From: Marsupella aquatica
Lineage: Eukaryota > Plantae > Marchantiophyta
Direction of reading: 5' to 3'
NCBI GenBank assembly: GCA_973895155.1
Contig: OZ316891.1
Span: 4,371,508-4,435,507, forward strand
Length of the DNA: 64,000 nt
The notes below the pieces were generated by a model. The model did no database searches, had not been told where the DNA came from, and saw only the letters and a list, made by a program, of their open reading frames with translations. Both the position numbers and the translations under genes were made by a program. This document shows positions 45,084 through 55,400 of this stretch, piece by piece. Numbering within the stretch: position 1 is the first letter of the stretch; each line of letters begins with the position of its first letter.

Positions 45084-45589
45084 GCTCGCTTGCGCTCCTT
45101 CAGCTCGCGGAGCCTCATTAATTGCCCGGGCACGCAGCCCTATGGGCTCGCGAGGCAGCCCCTTCAGCTCGCGGAGCCCCATTAATCGCCCGGGCACGCA
45201 GCCCTATGGGCTCGCGAGGCAGCCCCTCTTTCTCTCGGACGGCCACTAATGGGACTCGCCCTCCTGAGGAGGGATTTATTTAAAAAAAAACCCCCCCCTC
45301 TCCTGACTTTGCAATGGGGGTCTCAACAATAGCTCTTGAAGCAAAACGGTAAGTCCTATGGGGCTGGTCCTGGCTAGTTTCAAGGTCCCAAAATATTTGC
45401 CCACTTAGGTCGCCGCAAATCTTAGAACTATTATGAGAGAAAGAATATAAAGTCACCTGGGGCATCATCAACCTATAATGACGGAATTAACTAAAAATTA
45501 AAAAATGGCTTATTTACATTGACTATTAACAAGGTATCGGCCTTTGCAACCAGTTATGTGTGACTTCCCGTGACGGGGTACCCGTCACA

Positions 45590-46200
45590 GGCCTCTTCTT
45601 TAGCAAGTTTTTAGTTTGCACCAGCCGGGCTGGGATCAAGTAGTACGAGAAGCTCTCGGTTAGTCATACAGTGACCCTTGTGTATATTCATGTTTCCTCA
45701 TGCCTAAGAGCTGAATAGAGTTGGCCTCACGGCTTAGTTCGCAGAACTTGTGTATGAGATGTACTGTTTGTATGGCAAGTGCATGGTATGACTCAGTCAG
45801 AATGAGTCATTTTGCTATTTGTGTGTCGCATTAACTTGTGTGAAGAGTGCCCACATCAACAGAAGGAAGGAAAGTAAGCAGGGGAGTGAGAGTTGGATGT
45901 GTCGAGCTGAGAGAGGTCTTAGCGGCTTAACCAAGCCTATTGGGGATCATTCCGGCGGCGGAATCCAAACATACCTAACAGGAAGACAGGGGAAGGCCTA
46001 TATTAGGCCGGCTACGTATCTCATGACCCGATGAAGGATCTGTCCAGTATATGTGTGTAAAATGTTAATAGTAGTAGTAGAAGGTTAGCAGCGTCCCATG
46101 CCGCTAAGCCGCGGAAACGGCCTCGCCAAGCACGAAACCTGCGGGAATCGGCTTGAGCTGGGGGGTTTCTTGGGTTTAGGGAGCCATGGGATGCACCACA
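45590..46200 (+). repeat. Remnant (3' 611 bp) of the family B 5' LTR
   Basis: Near-identical to 56431-57051. It starts at GGCCT (not TG) directly against the family A LTR end. Confidence 0.9.
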
Positions 46201-46204
46201 TTTT

Positions 46205-46222
46205 TGGCGCTAGATGGAGGGG
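46205..46222 (+). other. Primer binding site, tRNA-Asn type (TGGCGCTAGATGGAGGGG)
   Basis: Lies 4 nt (TTTT) after the LTR end and matches the complement of the plant tRNA-Asn(GTT) 3' end as I recall it (TGGCGCTAGAAGGAGGGG) with one mismatch. Confidence 0.75.
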
Positions 46223-46269
46223 GCATTTCTTAAGCCGTGAGATATGAAGTTAGAACGGAAGCATAGGTA

Positions 46270-49200
46270 ATGACTGACCTTACGCCGAGGGAAGAAAGAG
46301 TGATTCAACGGGAGAGAGCTCGACTGCAGCAGCTCGCCGGGTGGCATGATACACAGCGACTGAGAGGGGCAGAAAGAGCTGGTAGCTCCGAAACTGGAAG
46401 TGGCGTCGAAGAAGACATACCAGAAGAAGAGTCGGTAAGGAGAAGTGAGTCTCCAACCGACATGGGGGAACCAGAGGCACGGCCAGACGAGAGGCCAGGG
46501 ACCAGATTGAGCCAGCGGTCGCGCATACATTACAAGGCATTTCATGGGAGAGGAGATGAGGATCCGGACGAATGGTTGGATGATTTCGAGGGAACCGCTG
46601 CAGCAAATGGAGAATCGGCCATCAAGATGCAGATTCTTCCCGGCCTGTTCAAGGGTGAGGCTAGGCCTTGGTACAGAGCATTATATGTGGAAGATCAAGC
46701 CATCTGGGATATCTTCAAAACACTCTTTGTTAAGGAGTTTCGACCCATTGGAACTTCAGAACTAGCAGTGCTGAAGTTGGGACAACTTCGGTTCAAGGAG
46801 AACAAATCCTTCAGGAAGTTCTTGCAACGCTTTCAGAAACTGGTAAGACGTACAAAGACCAATGCATCTGAAGGTATGCAACTTCAATGGTTGGTGAATG
46901 CTTTGCCACAGAAGATGAGTTTTGCAATTAGGAAGGAGAACCCGGAGACTTTAGCCGAAGCAATTAAGGATATTCAATTATACATTAATGCAGATATCAC
47001 AAGCCGGAAGAAACAGCTTAAGTCTGAGAGTTCCTCATCAGAGGAGGGATCACCCCATAAGAAAAAAGATAAGAAGAAGAAACATTCCAAGAAGTCTAGA
47101 AGTGATAAGTCAAGCTCGGATAGTGGGAGTAGCAAGAGTGAGTCATCTTCTAGTTCTGAAGAAGAAAAAACTAGGAAAAGGAAGGGCAGAAGGAGAGGGA
47201 AGACGAAAGTCAAGATGGAGGCTAAGCCACCAGATAACATCGTAGCCCTTACCAAGCAACTTAAGGCTATCATTGCAGAGGTAAAACCAAAGAAGAAGGT
47301 AGTACAGGAGGATAGCTCTGTATGGTGTGCCTTATGTTATAAAACCGGACACCATAAAGATGCGTGTCCTAAGCTTAATACTAATCATGTTCGGCATGTG
47401 GCCGAGATCAGACCATGTCAGGGAGAAGTAGAGTACTTTTTGGGAGATGCCGCTGATAGTGTTTTCGGCATCAGTGAGACTGGAGCACGAGACCTATCCA
47501 ACAGACCTGCATCTCTGTGGTCAGGGTTAAGGAACAATCCAGGAGAGATGTATCCTCGGATTATTCAGAACCCGTCAGTACCTCCTAGGCCGAATGTGCA
47601 AAGATTTGCGGCGTGCTATAATTGTGGTCAACCTGGCCATTTTGCTAGAGAATGCCCGAATGCACGCAAACAGGGTGATGGACAACCAGCTCAGCTATGT
47701 ATGGGATGCCGACAGGAAGGTCATATGCTAGGGCAATGTCCTACTTGGTTGGCAGGCCTGGCCGCAAATCATAAGCTTTTGCCGATCAAGATCTTACCGC
47801 CAGGTACTACCCCCGGAGGAGTTCAAATCAACCACATCGAACTAGGATGGCAAGAGGATGCCGAGGCAGAGTTCGTACCATCTGATGATGAGGCCGAAGC
47901 CCTATCAACCTTCTCAGAGGAGGATTTAGATCATGATTGCTACCGGGTCTCTACTCGATCTACCAGAAGGAAGGAAAGGTGGGATGGGTTGGCCAAAAAT
48001 AAAGGGAAGGTTACGGAGGAAAGGATCGACTCTTCGTCAACATCAACAGAAGGAGAAGGGAGGGCTCCGGCAATACAGGTAAGCCATGAGCCCACCAGTG
48101 AAACCAATCCTTCACGAGATAGCGACTTCAATCGAGATCATCCTAAGTTGTTCTACCCCTCTGTTACGGCTAGTGTTAAGGAACAACTAAGAGAATTAGA
48201 AACCCTGGAGAATACCAAAGCCATTGCCAAGGATGTAAAACGAGCAAAAGCATTGTTTGCTTCGGAAGACCCAACAGCTGTGGAGACTAGCGTGGCAAAA
48301 CTGGCCGAATCCAAGACGGAAACACCACCAGAAGAGAAGCCGATTGTTCCCTATGACCTGGCTAAAGATGTACTAGAATCTAGAGTCTCGGCAACAGTAG
48401 GTCAACTATTGAAAAATAGCCCGTACTTCCGGAAGCAATTAAGGAAGGCTATTCTTGGCAAGCCGAGATTACCCAAGGTAGCAACCAGATCCGACGTACT
48501 AATGATAGAAGAAGATCAAGGAGCCCCAGCATTACCATTAATGATTCAAGGAGAATTATTACTACGGGTACCCATCGATGGAGGATCAGGGGTATGTATT
48601 ATGATTGATTCAACAGCAAAAGGGTGGGGTCTAACACCGGAGATGACTGGAAGAGTGTTGAACATGGCCAATGGATATCAGGTCATTCCGACGGGAGTGT
48701 TAACCGGCATCAAGACAGAGATAGGAGGTATCTTCTTTAGCATTAACTATGTAGTAATGAAGCCGGTAAATCCTACGTCATTCCGGCTATTGATTGGTAG
48801 GCCATGGCTGTACCTAGCCGAGGTAATAGAAGATTGGGGTAAAAAGCAGTTCACTTTCGGGACCCCCTCTATCACGGTATCCTGGGACACTAAGGATGAC
48901 CGTAGGAAAAGCATAAGGGAAGTAGATGGGTACGACAGTGGACTGGAGTCAGCCGATGAAGTACGTTGGTTAGAATGCCTCACTAACCTAACCGAAGAAG
49001 GTGTCTTTGGACCAGAGGTACCCCCCAGCGGATTATGGCAAGAACCAATGGAAGGTGACTTGGAAGAAGAAGACGAAGAGGTCGAGGACTGCTTTACAAT
49101 AGAATCCACCTTTTTAGCTGCAATTCCGGAGGAAGTAAAGGATGTAGACCAATTGGATGAAACGGCTAAGTGGGGAGCAATAGCAGGGACAGTGGATTTT

Positions 49201-52200
49201 CTGCAGGCGTTGTGGCAGAGCCGACGGGGTCCACAACGCCATCGATCATCGGCAAGGAATTAAATACCAAGGGATCGGCATACAAGCCGATTACGAGGGC
49301 AGAACAAATTGAGGCCCTATTAGAAGCCGAGAGAGCATAGCGGCCTAACTCTCAGGAGCAAGAGGTGGATGAGATGGACAGACACGATCTAGAGCCAAGG
49401 CAGGAAGGGGAGCCGACCACTAATTCAAAACCGAATAGACCGGTAAGGGGACAATCTATGGACACCAAGGAAGGGACCGACTCGGCTAGTCCAGCCGAGA
49501 TCCCAGTTTATGGAGGTATGAGATTAGAGAGACTGGAAGCTGAACTGGACCCGAATTTGAAGAAGCAGATTAATATGATCCAAGCACGGCAATATCGGAA
49601 GCTCGACTTAGGAGAGGGAAGAGAACTGAACTTAGGGAGAAACCTAGCACCTGAGCTCGAGAAAGAGATCAGTGACTTATTGATTGAATTTCAGGATGTG
49701 TTTGCATGGAGTCACCAAGATCTAAAGGGAGTAGATCCAACACTAGGGGAACATCGAATTGATCTCATGTTAGGAGCCAAATCATTTCGACAACCAATTC
49801 GAAGGATGAACCCGAAGTATTCCCTGCTGGTCAAAACAGAAATCGACAAACTAGTGGAAGCTGGATTCATCACTCCAGTCCTGCATTCAGACTGGGTGTC
49901 TCCAATTGTGATAGTTCCCAAGAAAGCTGGACCCGATGGTAAACCCAAGATCCGGGTTTGTCAGGATTACAGGAAGCTGAATGAAGCAACATTAAAAGAC
50001 CATTTTCCTTTACCGTTTACTGATATGGTACTAGACATGGTAGCCAGTCATGAACTATATTCATTCATGGATGGATACTCTGGTTATAACCAAATCAGGA
50101 TTCGGCAGGAAGACCAAATCAAGACGGCCTTCATCACGGAATGGGGGATCTATGTCTTCAATCGTATGCCGTTTGGACTCTGCAACGCACCAGCTATGTT
50201 CCAACGATTAATGGTGAACATTTTTCATGATTACTTGAGAAAGTTCATGGAAATCTTCATTGATGACTTTGCAGTATTCGGGAAGGCATCGAAACATGCT
50301 AAATACCTCAGGAAAACCTTCATGAGATGTAGAGAGGTGGGTCTCAAGTTACGCCCAGATAAATGTTTTTTTGCAGTAACCGAGGGGGTGCTACTAGGTC
50401 ACAAGGTATCAAGGAAGGGCATTGAGATTGACAAAGGTAAGCTAGCAGTATGGCTAGATATCATGCAACCTAAGAACATAAAGGATGTAAGATCCTTCTT
50501 GGGATGCATTGGTTACTATCGCCGGTTCATCAAGGATTTTGCCAAGCTGGCTTTACCATTAACCAATATGCTCAAGGCAGGAGCAGACTTCGAACCCACA
50601 CCCGAACGAGTCACAGCGGTGGTAGAATTGAAGCAGATGTTAGTAGAGGCCCCAGTCATGATAGCACCGGACTGGAACAAAGATTTTCATGTTTTTGTAG
50701 ATGTCTCAGGCTTCTGTATTGGCTCAGTACTAAGTTAGTTGGATGAGAAAGGAAGGGACCATCCCATATACTTCGCAAGCCGTCAGCTTGCCGATGCCAA
50801 ACGGAACTACTCTACCACGGAAAGAGAAGCATTAGGAGTCATTTATTCTTGTAAAAAGTTTAGGCATTATTTACTAGGGTACAAGGTAATCTTTCATACT
50901 GATCATGAAAGTTTGAAGTACCTAGTCAATAAGCCGGACCTTACAGGCAGAGTAGCAAGATGGATTTTGCTATTACAGGAGTTTGACTATGAGCTGAGGA
51001 TCAAGCCGGGAAAGTTACATGCCAATGCCGACTTCTTTTCAAGGATCACAGGTAAACCTGCCACGGATTGCATCGATGATCGATTCCCCGACGAGGAGCT
51101 ATTCGTTGTGGAAATAGCTGGTACATGGTACCCTAAGATTTTACAATTTCTCAGCACTTCCAGATTACAGCCAGGATTAAGCCGAGAGCAAGCCGCAGTC
51201 TTTGTGCGGAAGGTCAGACAGTATCAGTGCATTAAAGGCATACTGCACAAGCATGGAATCAACGGCACGATTCAAAGGTGTTTGGAAAAGAGAGAGGTAA
51301 AACGAGTCCTACGGGCCATGCATGGAGAGGAGGCCGGAGGACATTTTGCCCCAGTAACCACGTCTAAGAAGATATTAAATGCCGGTTACTGGTGGCCCAC
51401 CTTGCACAAAGATGTCTATCAGTTTATCAAACAATGCGATCCTTGTCAACGAGCGGGAGGACCAAGGGCGTCCACCAGGCATCCACTGCACCCTATTCTA
51501 CCTCTGGCACCATTCGAGAAGTGGGGTATTGATTACATTGGACCTCTGAAACCACTGACCCACCCTCGACGGAACAAGTACATAATCCTGGCTACGGATT
51601 ATGCAACTAAATGGGTAGAGGCCAGACCAACAACGAAGGATGATGCAATTACTACGGCTAGATTCATGTATGAGCAGATCTTCACCAGGTATGGAGCACC
51701 CCTAGAATTAGTTAGTGATAGAGGAACCCATTTTTTGAATGATATAATTAGTCGTTTAATTGAGCAGTATTTAGTTAAACATAGGCCTACTACTCCCTAC
51801 CATCCAAAGGCAAACGGGTTGACAGAACGAGCAAACGGGATCATAGGAAAGATATTGAACAAGACAGTAGCTCAGAACAAACTCGATTGGGATGATAAAT
51901 TGTTTGCTGCTGTTTTTGCTTACAATCTTGCCTATAAATCCACTACTGGTCATACACCCTTCTTCTTAACCTTTGGACAAGAAGCCCTGGTACCCATGCA
52001 ACTTGAGATACCGACATTTCAAGTTACAATTGAGGAAAGAGCCTCAGCGGAGGAGAGCCTAAAGGAGCGAGAATATAGGTTAGAAGCTTTAGAGGAAGCG
52101 AGAATGATTTCAGCCGAGAGAGTAGAATATAGACAGAATATCATGAAGCAGCAGTATGATAAAAGGTTAAAAGTAGTTAGTATTCATACCGGTGATCTTG

Positions 52201-52436
52201 TGCTACTTTATGACAGTAGGTATAGTAGGTTTCCAGGAAAGCTTTACACTCGCTGGTTAGGACCCTTTAGAGTAACCATGATGTTCCCCAATGGCTCCGT
52301 ACAATTGGCCAACATTACGGGAGAGGTATATCCAGTTCGCATCCATTATGACCGCCTCAAGAAATACTATATGGACGAAGATGAAGTTGTTCGCGAGGAC
52401 GCTTCACAATTAAGTGGGGAGCTATGTGATGCCTAG
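46270..52436 (+). pseudogene. Gag-Pol of family B, disrupted (frame change near 49170-49263, in-frame TAG near 49338 and at 50736-50738)
   Basis: ORF 46270..49263 holds Gag, 3 CCHC and PR IDGGSG. ORF 49365..50738 holds RT FMDGYSGYNQI and FIDDF. ORF 50739..52436 holds RH and IN. All are collinear with the 2132-aa ORF, and SVLS*LDEKG corresponds to AVLSQLDDDG. Confidence 0.92.
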
Positions 52437-55400
52437 ATAGGAATCACTCGGCTGGTTAAGTGGGTAAAGCAGGAAGGCACCCTAGGAACACCTTAGTATA
52501 GTGACAAAACAAGGAAAATATAAACAATTAGGGGCAACCATGGAACCCGGGCAGAGGCCGGAGGTAAGGCTAAGGGTGAAAACCCGATTAGGGTTAGGGC
52601 GCGTTAAGCGTCGGCGGCTAGGAAGGATCAACGGGAAGAAGGACCGGCAGAGGAGAGGGGTAAGGAGCGCTTGCAGGAGATGGTGGCTCATTTGCGAGCA
52701 CGAACTAGGCAGACGACTACGGGAGGCCAACTACTGTCAGCTGCTTAGGCAAGCACTCGGGGAGAGAGTAGATACCGACGATCAACCTAAGGAGGGTATG
52801 AGCAACGTCAATCAAGCGGCACATTTCTGGGGATGCCTGTTCGAACGGGCAACTGAGTACATCAAGACTTACGAGGACGAGGAGTCAGAAAGGGCAGCTC
52901 GAGAACGGCAGGAGCTCGCTCGATTGTGGGAGCTGCAGAAGACGGCTTTCTTAGGAGGCGAACTCATCAAGGACGAGTTCCTGTGGACGCCTACTTCCAA
53001 TCAACTCGACGATCTTCTGTTTTGCAAAGACAGCGTCGTCGGCATCCGAGAGGCCATCAAGAACTGCAACGACATACACTGGGAATTAAAGGGTAGCACG
53101 GAAAGGTGGACCCAGGCAACGGTGCTAGGAGAAACCTCCACGGCAGCAGAGATGAAGAGGAAGGGAGCCGTCAACGATGAAGCCACCCCGGCAAAAAGAA
53201 CGAGGTCGGCGGCACCAAAGAAGCCAGCCGAGCAGCAGAGCAGGAGGCAGGGAGAAGCCGAAGAGGAGGAGGTCGATCCCATCAAGGCCATTCCAACCAG
53301 GGATGACACCTGGAAGGGCTGGGCGGCAACCCTACCGGTGGAGGTGCAACTACATTTTGCACGAGAGGAGGATGCATGCTTTACGGCCATGCAGACCAAG
53401 AAGTACCAAGGCTTCATGGCCGGATCCGGCTTGGAGGCCTTTGTAAGATTACCATGGCTGAAGCCGGAGGTACTGGAGTCAGACCTATTAGAATTCGTGG
53501 GGTCATGGGAACCCGAGACCAATTGCACGAGGATATATGGGAAGGATTTCTATCTTACTCCCAAGGTAATTGCCGAAGTGTTTGGCCTGCCGATAGGCAA
53601 TAAGACCAAAGTTGATACCAGGAAGACCTTGCCTGACAAGGAGTTCCGGTCGTTCCCCGGGCCATCAACGAAGAATGGCTTCTTCCGGAACACCTGCACC
53701 AACCCGCACATAGGAGAGATGATCGACTTCTTGCGGGTGACCATGCATTGTAACTTACCGAGGGCAGAGATCGGCAAGGCACAGGTCTATCTGGCAGAAA
53801 GGCCAGACCCAAGCCGGGACTACAACGGGTACCTCCTCAACCAATTGAAGAAGATCTTAAAGGAGGAGCAGCAGGTAATCGGCATGGGGAGCGTGTCGCG
53901 GCTTGGCTATCACATGCCGCTGTTGTGCCGGTATGCCAGAAGTCAGACTTTTGCCCCGGTACTTCCCCTGCAGGTAAGGGCACCCGAGGAAGCTCCAACG
54001 CCGAGGCCGTTGGCTGAGAAGCCTCAACCACCTGTTAGTCCTACGATCGAGCAGGTGTTTAGGCCCAGGAAGGAAGACTTGCCAATGCAGCAACCAGGCA
54101 TGCAGAGTCTGCTGAAACTACTGGAGAAAGAAAAGAAATCGGCATCGGCAACAACAACGGCAACGGCAACAATGCAGGACACTACTACAGAGGTAGGCCT
54201 ACACCGGCTCACAAGAGAAAACCCCTTTGCTGGAGACAAGGAGAGAATCAGGCCGGAATCCAAGCCAGGTGTTCGAATGTACGTGGGAACCTCAAGCTCC
54301 GAATCTGAGGCAGAATTGCCTGAAGCTCCTACCGACGAAGAGGAGAGGGAGAAGCCGGACATCCAAGAGGTAGAGGAGGCAGTGGAGGACTGCAGCCATG
54401 ATAATTCCGGCTATGGGTCGGACCATCACGTTCCAGGAGTAAGGACCTGTGGCCGGTTTGTCCCCACACTTCCAAGGGTAGTGCGAGGGGACCCCAACCA
54501 GCAGAGTAGCCCTGAGTCTCCCCCACCAGATGTTGCTCCCCCGAGCTTCGACGGCATAAAACAGACGGTGCAGGAATTTCAGGAGCGAATCAAGCAGGAG
54601 GAAGAGGTCGCCCTGGCTAAGGAAAAGGATTTACCAGGAGGAGATTGGCCGGAGGACATCAGGCGGCTAGCCGAAAAAGGAAGCAAACCTCTAGCCACGA
54701 TTGAAGAGATCCGCAGGACGGCTTGGGAGCAGAGGCCACGATGGGCGATGCCGATCACTTCTACTTACTCCACCTACGCTAAGAATAGAGCCATGGAGTA
54801 TGGTGAGATGTGTGGGGAACTTGCGCTCGGCATCTTTGGAGAGGAGTTGGAGATAGGACCCTTTTTCCATAGGGAGCAGTTGGAGAAGCACCAATTAGAA
54901 GAAGCGGTGGCTTTAGAGAGAAGCAAGAAGGACGAGGTCATTCGGCGGCTTAGGAGGATGGGAGCCGAGATTGAAGATCTAAGGGCGGCCAAGAAAGCCC
55001 AAGATGAACTGCGGATTAAACGACATGAGCTGAACATCATGCAGGGGCAGTTGGACACCGCGCAGGCTGATAATCAGAATATCAAGGATAAACTGACTCA
55101 GACGCAGGAAGAGTTGGCCGACACGATCAAAGAGAGGGAGAAGTGGAAGCAAGAACTGAAGAATACAGAGGAGGCCCACATAACAGCCAACAGCCGGGCC
55201 ATGGCGGAGACCCAAAGAAAGGAATGGGCGTTGAAAGGGGAGCTCGAGAAAATCCGCGGAGCCCTTGAGCAGAAGGAGGTCGAGTTAGGGAAATCCTATC
55301 AAGGGATTATGGCGCTGCAGCAGGAGCTTGCGTCCCTGACGGCCAGCTTCAAGGCCGACCTAAGGGAGAAGGACGAGATGCTCGAACAGACTTACGCCAA

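Larger units (their letters stand above)
30673..45589 (-). mobile_element. Intact Athila-like Ty3/gypsy retrotransposon (14.9 kb) with protein-coding LTRs of about 4.1-4.2 kb (family A)
   Basis: Direct repeats 30673-34892 and 41511-45589 with TG...CA ends, a tRNA-Asp-type PBS, a PPT and a single 2132-aa gag-pol ORF. The flanks GGTGG and GGCCT do not form a TSD. Confidence 0.95.
41511..45589 (-). repeat. 5' LTR of family A (4079 bp)
   Basis: Direct repeat of 30673-34892 at offset 10838, followed by the PBS and gag. Confidence 0.95.

Noticed and set aside
30673-45589. Host gene segmental duplication as the explanation for the two 618-aa ORFs
   Set aside because: The repeat boundaries coincide with TG...CA ends, the PPT and the PBS of the retrotransposon, and the ORFs are intronless.
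49170-49345. Programmed -1 frameshift at G GAT TTT (near 49194) between PR and RT in family B
   Set aside because: The sister family has one continuous ORF and this copy has other nonsense lesions, so a 1-nt deletion is the simpler explanation. Other copies would settle it.
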